The notes under the pieces: model-generated | Database searches by the model: none | The model's input: the letters and a program-made list of their open reading frames with translations, nothing else | Told to the model about the DNA's origin: nothing | Translations under genes and position numbers: made by a program | Origin: Sedimentisphaerales bacterium | GTDB lineage: Bacteria; Planctomycetota; Phycisphaerae; Sedimentisphaerales; SM23-30 | Direction of reading: 5' to 3' | Assembly (NCBI GenBank): GCA_963663965.2 | Contig: CAXXFK010000001.1 | Location: 224,001 to 288,000, forward strand | DNA length: 64,000 nucleotides | Part shown: positions 29,167 through 38,580 of the stretch, in pieces | Numbering within the stretch: position 1 is the first letter of the stretch | Layout: each line of letters begins with the position of its first letter

Positions 29167-29189
29167 CCAAATAATATACACTGTGTATA
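29160..29189. repeat. Right copy of the 30-bp inverted repeat, containing a perfect palindrome
   Basis: TTGTCAACCAAATAATATACACTGTGTATA; TATACAC-T-GTGTATA at 29175-29189. Confidence 0.85.
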
Positions 29190-29255
29190 AAAAATAGTGT
29201 TATAGAATTATAATAAAAAAGGTTATGGGTGTGATATAATTTTCCGGAGCTTTAT

Positions 29256-30521
29256 ATGACATCCAACGAAAATGTATGCCAAATTGTATCAGACCTTATC
29301 GATCTTAAGGACCGGGCGCTGGCCGCTACGGATGAAGGGATTACCATATCCGATCCGAGCCAACCGGATAATCCAATTATTTTTGCCAATCGCGGTTTTG
29401 AATTGATCACTGGATATAGCATTGATGAGATACTGGGGCAGAATTGCCGTTTTCTTCAGGGGCCAGAAACAGATCACGCCACCAGCGACCTGATTCGTGA
29501 CGCACTAAAAAATGAAGTTCATTGTACCGTTGAAATTCTTAATTATCGCAAGGACGGCACCCCGTTCTGGAATCGCCTGTCAATTAATCCTGTCCGTGAC
29601 CAAACGGGAAATACGACTCATTTCATCGGGATTCTATCTGATGTCACTCGCCGGCGCCTGGCTGAAGAGGCTCTCCAACAAACTAATGAGCAACTTCAAC
29701 TGGCTAATCAGCAGATGAAAGAGGATCTACACCTGGCTGCCCAGGTCCAGCAAACCCTGCTACCGGACAAACTACCGGTTGACAGCCGTATCCGTTTCGA
29801 CTGGCGTTTTTTGCCCTGTCGCGAACTGGCCGGTGACATACTGAATATCATTCAACTCGATTCCGATCATATTGCATTTTACGTCCTCGACGTCGCCGGT
29901 CATGGCGTTTCCGCCGCCCTTCTATCTTTTACGCTCAGTAACTATCTTAATGGTAATCCCGACGATTCCTGTTTATATTATCCCGATCCCAGCGGTTGCG
30001 ACTATCTGATCTGTTCTCCCAAACAGGTGGTTGAGCGCCTGAACCGCAATTTTCCCATGAATATGCGCACGGGACAGTATTTTACTATTGTATATGGTTT
30101 GATTAATCTAAATAACCAGACCCTGCAGATCGTTTCCGCCGGTCATCCGTGTGGCATTATGATCAAGCATAACCGCCCTGCCGAACTTCTTTCAATCTAT
30201 GGTTATCCTCCCGGAATTGTGCCTGACGCAGAATACGAGCAGACAGAAATACTGCTGACACCAGGCGATCGATTTTATTTTTACACGGATGGCGTTACCG
30301 AGGCCATCAATCACCAGAACGAACCATTTGGCATTAATCAATTGCTCGGCGTACTAAACCAGTCCCAACCGCAATTCCTGGATAAAATCATGAATCAGGT
30401 GATTACGAAAGTACAAAACTGGTCAAAAGGCCATCATCCCTCTGATGATATTTCCATAATCGCCTTTGAATACCAGCCGGACAACTTCAATTTTTCCGAG
30501 CAGGGTATGTATTATGTCTAA
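29256..30521 (+). CDS. LOV(PAS)-domain PP2C/SpoIIE (RsbU/RsbP-like) phosphatase
   Basis: DNPIIFAN..GQNCRFLQG..NYRKDGTPFWN; then LAGD, DVAGHG, SAGHP, YTDGVTE, DDISI. Confidence 0.92.
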   Translation: MTSNENVCQIVSDLIDLKDRALAATDEGITISDPSQPDNPIIFANRGFELITGYSIDEILGQNCRFLQGPETDHATSDLIRDALKNEVHCTVEILNYRKDGTPFWNRLSINPVRDQTGNTTHFIGILSDVTRRRLAEEALQQTNEQLQLANQQMKEDLHLAAQVQQTLLPDKLPVDSRIRFDWRFLPCRELAGDILNIIQLDSDHIAFYVLDVAGHGVSAALLSFTLSNYLNGNPDDSCLYYPDPSGCDYLICSPKQVVERLNRNFPMNMRTGQYFTIVYGLINLNNQTLQIVSAGHPCGIMIKHNRPAELLSIYGYPPGIVPDAEYEQTEILLTPGDRFYFYTDGVTEAINHQNEPFGINQLLGVLNQSQPQFLDKIMNQVITKVQNWSKGHHPSDDISIIAFEYQPDNFNFSEQGMYYV

Positions 30522-30538
30522 ATCTACTAATCATATCT

Positions 30539-31573
30539 TCATGGATGCCGGGCATAATTGCCGGTAATTCGGTGTACCAGTAAATCGTTGAAACCATTCA
30601 AATCCTTCCAGGCGGTTGCGACATTCATCTGTTTGGCGTTGGGATCGATTCGGGTATAACCTTCATTATCGACCCGGATACCGATGGTTTCCATCTGGCA
30701 GGCCTGTTCATTGAAAACCAGATAAACCGCCACGGTATCAAACAAAATACTACTTTGAGTCTCAGCCACTTTGGGATCCTGGGCCCAGACACGATAGTTC
30801 TCAATTATCGCCCGGGCTACCGGATGCAAAGAGTCCTGAACCTCGCGATAAAGGTTGCCTTTTAATTGCACCAGTCCACAGGTATCCAGAGGCGTGATCG
30901 TCACCGGCCAAGCCGCGCTTAAGGCAGCCTGACAAGCCGTCACATCAGCCCGCACATTATATTCGGCCGAAATCTCTTTACTGCCACCATATCCCAGCCG
31001 CACACTGCCATGCATCCCGACAAAACGCACCCTGGTCGCAATGCGAGGCTCGCGTTTCAGAGCCTCTTGAATATTGGGCAGCGGCCCCACACACAACAGG
31101 GTCATCTGTTCTTCAGAGGCCATAATCATATCGATCATTGCCTGCACACCATCATTATAAATCTTACCTGGATAGCTTTCCAAGTCATAATCCCCAATCC
31201 ATTTCGATTGCCGGCCTTTTTTGTCCACCCGCTCCCCCACACCAATGCCGACAGGAATATCGGCGTGCCCCATTCGTTCCAGCAATTTAGCCAGCAGTTT
31301 GGCGCGATATAAACAATTCTGTTTGTCGCCAACAACCAGTTTTGCCTCGATTTCCGGACACATCAACATGAAACCCAGCGCCCAGGTATCATCGATATCA
31401 TCCCCAATATCCGTATCGAATATGACCGGTATTTTTTTGACAACTATCGACCTCTGAGAGTCAGAAACAGGCGATGCATTCACTGCGGATAGTTGAATAG
31501 TCAGATGACCAGTCAACCACATAAAAGCCACCATTGATATCCAATAACGCGTACCGGTGCGATCGATTTTCAT
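30539..31573 (-). CDS. Nucleoside hydrolase family protein with N-terminal signal-like segment
   Basis: DTDIGDDIDD, GPLPNI, EYNV, PLD, LFDTVAV. Confidence 0.85.
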   Translation of the reverse strand: MKIDRTGTRYWISMVAFMWLTGHLTIQLSAVNASPVSDSQRSIVVKKIPVIFDTDIGDDIDDTWALGFMLMCPEIEAKLVVGDKQNCLYRAKLLAKLLERMGHADIPVGIGVGERVDKKGRQSKWIGDYDLESYPGKIYNDGVQAMIDMIMASEEQMTLLCVGPLPNIQEALKREPRIATRVRFVGMHGSVRLGYGGSKEISAEYNVRADVTACQAALSAAWPVTITPLDTCGLVQLKGNLYREVQDSLHPVARAIIENYRVWAQDPKVAETQSSILFDTVAVYLVFNEQACQMETIGIRVDNEGYTRIDPNAKQMNVATAWKDLNGFNDLLVHRITGNYARHP

Positions 31574-31620
31574 TCAAACATCCTTTCCAAAAGCCAAGTC
31601 GTCTGTTTGCATAAATCCAG

Positions 31621-32010
31621 CTAATAATGCCGATTCACAATATTCTTTAACCGCTCCAGCCTGGCGAGTTCTTCTTTTCGTTGTTTCCTTATACTGATCA
31701 TCAGAAATACACTTGACAATGCTCCGGCCAAAGGAATGGCGCCTAAAATCAGAACATCAAGCAATTCTTCCCCCCCCCAATGGTCCTCCTGCGGCTCGCT
31801 AACATTCAGGGATAACCCGCTGGTTTGAGGCAAGGTCAATTCTTCATCAAAATAGTAATCTGGAATTAAGTCATGTGGGAAATAGCTGAATGGATATTGG
31901 TTTTCCGATAACCAAGGATAACGGGGATAATTCATTTCTGAATCGATATTACCAACTGCGCCTGTAATCAACAGGCCTAACAGAATTGGCCAATATCTTA
32001 ACACCTTCAT
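31621..32010 (-). CDS. Hypothetical exported/membrane-anchored protein
   Basis: N-terminal hydrophobic segment, C-terminal TM followed by basic residues; no recognised domain. Confidence 0.5.
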   Translation of the reverse strand: MKVLRYWPILLGLLITGAVGNIDSEMNYPRYPWLSENQYPFSYFPHDLIPDYYFDEELTLPQTSGLSLNVSEPQEDHWGGEELLDVLILGAIPLAGALSSVFLMISIRKQRKEELARLERLKNIVNRHY

Positions 32011-32057
32011 GCTAACATCAGAAGAAAATCAGAGTTATACTAACAGTTTTTACTGAC

Positions 32058-32128
32058 TGGAGCCGAGGGGAGTCGAACCCCTGGCTGCGCGATGCGACCG
32101 CGCCGTGTTCCCACTACACTACGGCCCC
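32058..32128 (-). tRNA. tRNA-Ala(CGC), CCA not encoded
   Basis: Cloverleaf GGGGCCG/CGGCTCC with G3:U70, D-stem GTGT/ACAC, anticodon stem GCGCG/CGCGC with loop GTCGCAT, T-arm AGGGG-TTCGACT-CCCCT. Confidence 0.95.
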
Positions 32129-32285
32129 AAATTACTGGGTCATTCTATCGCTTTTTAAAAAGCTTTCTTATTATATCGATATTAAAACGATTCTCGGACA
32201 GAAAAAATACATCAATTTCACCTTTGACGCCATTTTTTCGTATCCACTTGTGAATTAAGTAGTTATCGTCATATTTTATCAATTG

Positions 32286-32867
32286 TCAATATAAATCATA
32301 GATCCGCTGTTGGAGAGCGGCCAGATATTGCTTTCGGATTTGATCATCCACGGTCGGTACTGCGCCATAAAAAATATGATCCAGAACAGTAATCGCACAA
32401 AATTGATAGATCCCTTCATCAATCGTTTTTTTCAAAGCATCATGCATCCCAACCTGTTGGTAATACTCTGATGGTGCACCGGTCGTCGTGATAATCAATG
32501 CCTCTTTATCGCTCAATAATCCGGTTAAACCCGAGGCATCAATTCTATAAGCAAAGCCAAAACTGAAAACCCGGTCAATATAACCCTTCATACGAGCCGG
32601 CAGGCCGGTCCACCAGATTGGGTGGATCGCGATAATCCGGTCGGCCCAGCGAATATGCTCTTGTTCTTCAGCCACGTCGGGCAATACCTGGCCCTGGCCA
32701 ATGGCCTCAAAATCGGTTGGATCCAATACTGGCTGGAAATTCAATTGATACAAATCACGCACCCGGTAGAGATGGCCGCCCTTTTCAAGGGATTCAATTA
32801 CCGTGGTTAAAATTGCATGATTAAAACTGGCTGGATTCGGATGGCAATAAAGGATGAGTGTCTTCAT
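32286..32867 (-). CDS. Flavodoxin-fold NAD(P)H dehydrogenase (quinone) family
   Basis: HPNPASFN, PIWWTGLPARMKGYIDRV, TTTGAP; start re-set to ATG 32867. Confidence 0.9.
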   Translation of the reverse strand: MKTLILYCHPNPASFNHAILTTVIESLEKGGHLYRVRDLYQLNFQPVLDPTDFEAIGQGQVLPDVAEEQEHIRWADRIIAIHPIWWTGLPARMKGYIDRVFSFGFAYRIDASGLTGLLSDKEALIITTTGAPSEYYQQVGMHDALKKTIDEGIYQFCAITVLDHIFYGAVPTVDDQIRKQYLAALQQRIYDLY

Positions 32868-33080
32868 AAAATAGTACCTTATCATTTGATTTTTAATATT
32901 ACTCTTTATTCTATCACTAATTATATCCCCAGCAAGTCCATCTGCGCCACCCAATCACCCAACAATTAACCTAAACTATATCTATATACTAAGTTATAAA
33001 ATCCTTAAAATGGATATTTGTTTCTTAGAAACTGATTCTATCTCTTAATGTCTTCGATCTAATGTTCATGGGTTATGCAG

Positions 33081-33108
33081 TTGATGTTTATGGCTTGTAT
33101 GCTATAAT
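33081..33108 (+). promoter_or_regulatory. Sigma70-like promoter with extended -10
   Basis: TTGATG-N16-TATAAT with TGn immediately before the -10. Confidence 0.5.
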
Positions 33109-33118
33109 CCCCCCCACA

Positions 33119-34741
33119 ATGACTGACCACTTTCCATCCATGGATCGCCAACAGATTTCCCGCAGACAGGCCTTGATCTGGCTGCTCATCATCTGGGGAG
33201 TCGTTTATTTGTGGAACCTGGGCGGGCTGGAATTCAAAGGAGAAGAAGCCCGCCGCGCCCTGCCGGCGGTCGAAATGCTCAAATCCGGGAACTATATCGT
33301 ACCCTATATCGGCGGCGAACCCTATTATAAAAAACCACCCTTAATTAACTGGCTGGTGGCCGGTTCTCTTAAATTATGCGGTGTCCAGAATGAATTTGCC
33401 GCACGCTTACCCTCAGTCGTTTTCGTGTTATTATTTCCATTGATTCTGCTTTATATCCCGGGGGCCTGGCCTGACAACAATATTCGATTTATGACCGGTC
33501 TGATTTTTATGAGCTGCGTTGGAATACTGGAAAAGGGACGACTTATCGAAATTGAGGCTGTTTACGTCAGCCTGACCGGAATCGCCACCTGCTGGTGGCT
33601 GTCTACCTGGCTAAGCCAGCGCCCCCGATGGCAGATCTGGCTGGTCCCGGCCCTGGCACTGACTGCCGGGATGCTAACCAAGGGCCCGGCTCATTTGCTA
33701 TTCTTTTTTACCGTGGTATTGAGTGTCCTGATCGCCAATCGCCGGCTTAAAGATATCCTTGTCGTCGAATCCATACTTTGCCTGATCGTGATTTTCGGAG
33801 TCACTGCCTGGTGGTATTATCTGGCCCAGAACCAGGTTGACAGCACTGCCATGCAGCAAGAGATCAATCAACAACTCAGTTCCCGTATCTTCAGTTTAAA
33901 GTACCGATTGAGTGAGAATTTCAGCAGTTTCTATCGCAGTCTGATTGGTTTTCTACCCTGGATCATTTTCCTGCCGGTTTTATGGAACCAATCTTTGCTC
34001 CAGAGCATGGCGCCCGATCACCGGATGACCTGCAAAAGCGCAACCCTGGGCTTATCAATTGCAGTTATTTTCTATTTAATCTTACCGGGGAGTATGTCGC
34101 GTTATCTGATGCCGGCGTATCCCATTGCTTCTTTTATGCTGGCATGGCTGCTGAACCAGCAAGATATTTACGGATCCGTAGAGCAACACTGGTGTGCTAT
34201 CCTGAAAGGCAGCGCTCCCGTTATAGTCATCAGTTCGATACTCTCGCTGCTGGCGGTTGTGATCCATCCGGGAATGGACGCCTGGCGCAACTCATTACTA
34301 TGGATCCTGATACCGGCTTTACTGACAGCTGGTTATTTGTGGCGGGTCAGGCCCCGATATTCCCTGGTCGATCTGGTAACCCGCTTTACTTTACTAATTG
34401 GATTTTTTGTCTTTCTATTCAATCAACTGGTCCCCATCTGGGCTCCAGAGCATGAACAACGCCGCCCACTGGCCCAGACGATCAATCAGATGATCGCATC
34501 TGATGATACGTTGTACGTCTATCGACCGGGGTATCTTGCCTTTATTTATTATCTCCGTGAACCCATGCAATACCTTGTTCAGCCGGAACAAATTAACGGC
34601 AACGTTCATTACCTTTTAATCAAGGATGAAGCCTGGACCGAACTGAGCCAATCCCCTGTCCTTGTCAATCGCTCTCCCCGGATTATTCTAAACCAGGAAT
34701 TTCGTCATAAGGGCAATGTTCTGATCGTTCACCTGGATTAA
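33119..34741 (+). CDS. ArnT/PMT-family (GT83-like) membrane glycosyltransferase
   Basis: EEARRA..EM, PYYKKPPLINW, AARLPS, LTKGP; many TM helices; start uncertain (33119 or 33140). Confidence 0.85.
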   Translation: MTDHFPSMDRQQISRRQALIWLLIIWGVVYLWNLGGLEFKGEEARRALPAVEMLKSGNYIVPYIGGEPYYKKPPLINWLVAGSLKLCGVQNEFAARLPSVVFVLLFPLILLYIPGAWPDNNIRFMTGLIFMSCVGILEKGRLIEIEAVYVSLTGIATCWWLSTWLSQRPRWQIWLVPALALTAGMLTKGPAHLLFFFTVVLSVLIANRRLKDILVVESILCLIVIFGVTAWWYYLAQNQVDSTAMQQEINQQLSSRIFSLKYRLSENFSSFYRSLIGFLPWIIFLPVLWNQSLLQSMAPDHRMTCKSATLGLSIAVIFYLILPGSMSRYLMPAYPIASFMLAWLLNQQDIYGSVEQHWCAILKGSAPVIVISSILSLLAVVIHPGMDAWRNSLLWILIPALLTAGYLWRVRPRYSLVDLVTRFTLLIGFFVFLFNQLVPIWAPEHEQRRPLAQTINQMIASDDTLYVYRPGYLAFIYYLREPMQYLVQPEQINGNVHYLLIKDEAWTELSQSPVLVNRSPRIILNQEFRHKGNVLIVHLD

Positions 34742-34754
34742 ACAACCCGTGCGT

Positions 34755-35597
34755 TTAATGCTGACAATGACATCTTTTGGGATTAGAATTAGAATGGGGC
34801 TTATCCTGCTGACCAACACTGTTAAAGTCTGTTACGGTTTGACACTCCGGGCAATCTTTTTTGCTGACCGTTTCTGGCGCCACCGTATTATCCTTCAGCT
34901 TTTTATGCCGGTTAATGAAAATCAAATTGCGGATATAAATCAGATTATTAAACAGATACGCCAGAATGAATACCGGATCCTGACGATAAAATGCGTATAA
35001 CAAGACCGTTGAACATCCAATAACACTGAATATCCAGAATGAATCCGGCACCACACTTTTTTTGGCCCGTTCAGTAGCAATCCACTGAACCAGAAAACGG
35101 GCAGTAAAAAATAACTGGCCTAATAATCCTATACAAATCCAGATTTTTTCGGAGAACGATTTGCCGCGAAATTTGCTGACTTTAATTCCAACCGGCAGAT
35201 AAGTCACTTCGGGCCGGTCATTCAGCAGGGTAAATACTCCATCACTTCCTCCGGGCCGAACGGCAATAGCCATTTTCAGGGGGGCCTGTTGATAGATTTC
35301 CATATTGCCCGGATCCAGGGTGACCCTGATTCGACCATCCTGAATTGCCACATTCTTATAGATGTCTGATTGCCACAAGGGCTCCTGATCAGATTCCATA
35401 CCATAAATGGAAAATTGCATATCCAGACTGGCTGACTTGAAAGTTTCGGGTAATTCCAGGGTACCCGTATAAACAAATGCGGTATGATTCTCAGTGCCTG
35501 AACAGACAGGAGCAGTCAACAGGAGCAACGCCACTATTGTCAGCCTATATAGAATCGATAACGTCAATGAAACTTTTCTGGATGTTGGCGCCGGCAT
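34755..35597 (-). CDS. Lipid-A-disaccharide synthase N-terminal (LAB_N) domain protein with an extra exported N-terminal domain
   Basis: GQLFFTARFLVQWIATERAKKSVVP..W..S..G, DPVFI, IYIRNL. Confidence 0.85.
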   Translation of the reverse strand: MPAPTSRKVSLTLSILYRLTIVALLLLTAPVCSGTENHTAFVYTGTLELPETFKSASLDMQFSIYGMESDQEPLWQSDIYKNVAIQDGRIRVTLDPGNMEIYQQAPLKMAIAVRPGGSDGVFTLLNDRPEVTYLPVGIKVSKFRGKSFSEKIWICIGLLGQLFFTARFLVQWIATERAKKSVVPDSFWIFSVIGCSTVLLYAFYRQDPVFILAYLFNNLIYIRNLIFINRHKKLKDNTVAPETVSKKDCPECQTVTDFNSVGQQDKPHSNSNPKRCHCQH

Positions 35598-35602
35598 GAT
35601 GC

Positions 35603-36328
35603 TTATGCTTCCTCCTTAAATTCCGGCCTTACGATCCGGGTTCGCATCCATCGGATCGCAAAGGTATCACGCAAGGCTTTAAAAAGCCGATTCGATATTC
35701 CGTATTTTGAGACGCCGGCGGTCCTGGCCCGGTGATGAACGGGGATCTCCGTTACGGTATAACCTTCCATTTTCACCAGAGTGGGTAAAAACCGATGCAT
35801 ACCGTTGAACATTTTCAGCCGTTCGACACACTCGCGCCGGAATACTTTTAAACCACAGGCCGAATCGTGGATATTCTCATGGGTCAGCCAGTTTCTCACC
35901 CCATTGGCAATCCGGGTCGACACCAGGCGAATCCACGGATCGTTACGATCCTTCCGCCAGCCATTGGAGAAATCGAAGCGCCCGGCCGCCACTGGCTCTA
36001 ACAACATCGGGATATCCGCCGGATCATTCTGCAGGTCTGCATCGAGAGTTGCCAGGTACCGTCCTTTTGCCACCCTGAAACCGGTATCCAGGCCGGCTGT
36101 CTGACCAGCATTTTTCAGATGCCGGATCACTCTTAAAGCCGGAAATTCGCCCTGGAGTTCTTTTAAAAGTGTTTCACTTCCATCCGTACTGGCGTCATTG
36201 ACTATAATCATCTCATAGGGCTTATCCAAAGTTGACAAAGCCTTATCCAACTGCTCAACCAAGGGCCTGAGATTTTCGATCTCATTATAGGCAGCGGCGA
36301 TCGCGGAAATATAAATGTCATCATTCAT
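35603..36328 (-). CDS. Polyprenyl-phosphate glycosyltransferase (GT2, DPM1/ArnC-like)
   Basis: AYNE, NDASTD, DADLQNDP, DSACGLK, MHRFLP. Confidence 0.9.
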   Translation of the reverse strand: MNDDIYISAIAAAYNEIENLRPLVEQLDKALSTLDKPYEMIIVNDASTDGSETLLKELQGEFPALRVIRHLKNAGQTAGLDTGFRVAKGRYLATLDADLQNDPADIPMLLEPVAAGRFDFSNGWRKDRNDPWIRLVSTRIANGVRNWLTHENIHDSACGLKVFRRECVERLKMFNGMHRFLPTLVKMEGYTVTEIPVHHRARTAGVSKYGISNRLFKALRDTFAIRWMRTRIVRPEFKEEA

Positions 36329-36886
36329 AGTGGTGTATTATTTCAAATAGAGTAAATCGCAGTTTGCATGAAGGGATTGTACGATTTAAGATTAAATCAA
36401 TCGTCGGTAGTTTTAATCCCCAGTAAAAGCAGAATTTTAGTTAATATCATCTACCCGGTCAATACGCTAAAAAAGATTTCTCCTATCCGGTTTATAAATA
36501 CCCCGAGAATTATGCAAACTATATTACTCTATTTAAACTCGGTAACCAATTCTTATATCTGGGCATACCAAATCACAATTCATATCAGTTATTCCTTGAT
36601 ATTTTCTCACTTTCTGTTATGATGTATATCAATAACAGAGGACATAACCAATAACAATCAATAGTTGATTGCGTATTCCCCACGTGCCTCCTTGCAGTGG
36701 TCCTCGTTATGTGGGTGAGTTATAATATAGAAAGGGCAACTCAGATTCCACTATTGTCCATAAAGAAGGGGACGCTATCGCTAAATTTCCTAAATACAAT
36801 AATTAACATAACCAATTGCGGAGTAAATTCTTATCAATAATAATCCAAAATATTTAAATCAACCTGGCCAGATATCCGCTCTACCA

Positions 36887-37966
36887 ATGGAAATCCAGGA
36901 ACAAATAAACCCAGTAGCAGATCTTTATCGCTTTCGTTCCAATGAATATTATCTCTCTCTAATTGACTGGAACGACCCTGATGATCCCATTCGACGAATT
37001 ATTATTCCGAATCTGGATGAATTGGAACCCTGGGGAAGCCTTGATCCATCTGATGAAAGCAGTGTAACGGTATTACCTGGCCTGGAACATAAATACGATT
37101 CTACCGCACTGTTGCTGGTTTCAAATGTTTGTGGAGGCATATGCCGATTCTGTTTTCGGAAACGGGTCTTCCTGAACGAAAGAGAAAGAGCTGATATTGT
37201 CACAAATATGGATTTGGCAAAACGTTACATTAATAATCACAAGGAAATAACCAATGTTTTACTTACCGGAGGCGACCCTTTATCACTCTCCACTAAACGC
37301 CTGGCCAGCTATATCGACACTCTATCCATGATCGATCATGTTCAAATCATTCGGATTGGCACCAAAATGCTGGGGTTTAATCCATACCGCATTCTCAACG
37401 ACCCGGAATTACCTGAAGTAATCCAGAACACAATGGATAAAGGCAAGCAAGTCTATATTATGACACACTTTAACCATCCAAGAGAGATAACCGATCTTTC
37501 CATACAAGCCGCCCGTATATTGCAGCATACCGGCGCCGTTCTGGCCAATCAGACTCCCCTGCTTCGCGGCGTCAATAATGATCCGGATATTCTTGCAGAT
37601 TTATTCAGAAAGCTTTCCTTTATAGGCATTCCACCCTATTACATATTTCAATGTCGGCCCTCTTCAGGAAACCATACATTTTCATTGCCAATAGAAACCG
37701 GCTATGAACTATTCGAGCTAGCGAAAAGCAAAGTTTCCGGCCTGGCTAAACGAGCTCGTTTTGCCATGAGCCATCGCACTGGAAAAATTGAAATTCTCGG
37801 ACTTACTGACGACCAGGTCTTTATGAAATACCACCGGGCGCGTGATTCTGAGAACGATAGCTGCTTCATGGTTTACCCGCGTAATCCCCATGCCCTCTGG
37901 CTTGATGATTATGATGAGCCAGTCCAGAAGTACCCTATCGATGACCTGATAACAGCCAGTCTTTGA
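36887..37966 (+). CDS. KamA family radical SAM protein (aminomutase-like)
   Basis: GLEHKY, CGGICRFCFRKR, LLTGGDPL, THFNHP, NQTPLLRGVN. Confidence 0.9.
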   Translation: MEIQEQINPVADLYRFRSNEYYLSLIDWNDPDDPIRRIIIPNLDELEPWGSLDPSDESSVTVLPGLEHKYDSTALLLVSNVCGGICRFCFRKRVFLNERERADIVTNMDLAKRYINNHKEITNVLLTGGDPLSLSTKRLASYIDTLSMIDHVQIIRIGTKMLGFNPYRILNDPELPEVIQNTMDKGKQVYIMTHFNHPREITDLSIQAARILQHTGAVLANQTPLLRGVNNDPDILADLFRKLSFIGIPPYYIFQCRPSSGNHTFSLPIETGYELFELAKSKVSGLAKRARFAMSHRTGKIEILGLTDDQVFMKYHRARDSENDSCFMVYPRNPHALWLDDYDEPVQKYPIDDLITASL

Positions 37967-38156
37967 TATAATATATTAATTAACAATACTTTAAGAAAAA
38001 TAACCTTTAATAATTCCAAATGGTAAGAATTGCGAGAATGTACCATTCCAATCCAAATTTGAAGATTTTGAAAATAGTCTTGATTTTTCTGGATTATCCA
38101 TCATAATATTCGATTCTACGATTTCTGAAGATAGTAACCTTAATGGAGACATAAGC

Positions 38157-38474
38157 GTGTACGCAATTATTGAAGACAGTGGCAAACAATATAAAGTGGC
38201 CAAAGGTGAAGTTGTCTGTGTTGAACTTCACGATATCGAAGAGAACCAGGAAACCCTGGAATTCGATAAGGTTCTATTCGTTAGTGACAACGGCGAGATT
38301 CTGGTTGGACAGCCCTATGTTCAAGGCGCAAAAGTAATCGCCAAAATTAACGGTGAAGCCAAAGGTCCCAAACTTTATCCTTTGTTTTTCCGTCGCAGAA
38401 AAAATTCACAGCGTCGTATAGGCCATCGTCAGAGATATCTTGAAGTCGAAATCGCCGATATTGTCAAATCCTGA
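38157..38474 (+). CDS. rplU: 50S ribosomal protein L21
   Basis: (M)YAIIEDSGKQYKV..GQPYV..GHRQ; GTG start after GGAG. Confidence 0.96.
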   Translation: MYAIIEDSGKQYKVAKGEVVCVELHDIEENQETLEFDKVLFVSDNGEILVGQPYVQGAKVIAKINGEAKGPKLYPLFFRRRKNSQRRIGHRQRYLEVEIADIVKS

Positions 38475-38500
38475 TCAGAGCCATGCTGAAATCTTTGGGG

Positions 38501-38529
38501 TTGACAGGATAAGACAAGGCTTGTAAGTT
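38501..38529 (+). promoter_or_regulatory. Sigma70-like promoter upstream of lptB
   Basis: TTGACA-N17-TAAGTT. Confidence 0.55.
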
Positions 38530-38568
38530 AAAGCCTGATTTGCCTTTATGGCCAATCAGGCTTTTTTT
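38530..38568 (+). terminator. Intrinsic terminator after rplU
   Basis: AAAGCCTGATT-tGCC-TTTAT-GGCc-AATCAGGCTTT ending in a T7 run. Confidence 0.75.
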
Positions 38569-38580
38569 ATGGTATCGACT

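Noticed and set aside
31621..32290. tRNA-anchored genomic island or prophage
   Set aside because: No integrase, no duplicated tRNA 3' end noticed, and no phage genes.
36730..36790. c-di-GMP-I or lysine riboswitch upstream of the KamA-like gene
   Set aside because: Only fragments (GGCAA, GGGACGC) resemble the consensus; the GNRA-capped stem and spacing do not fit.
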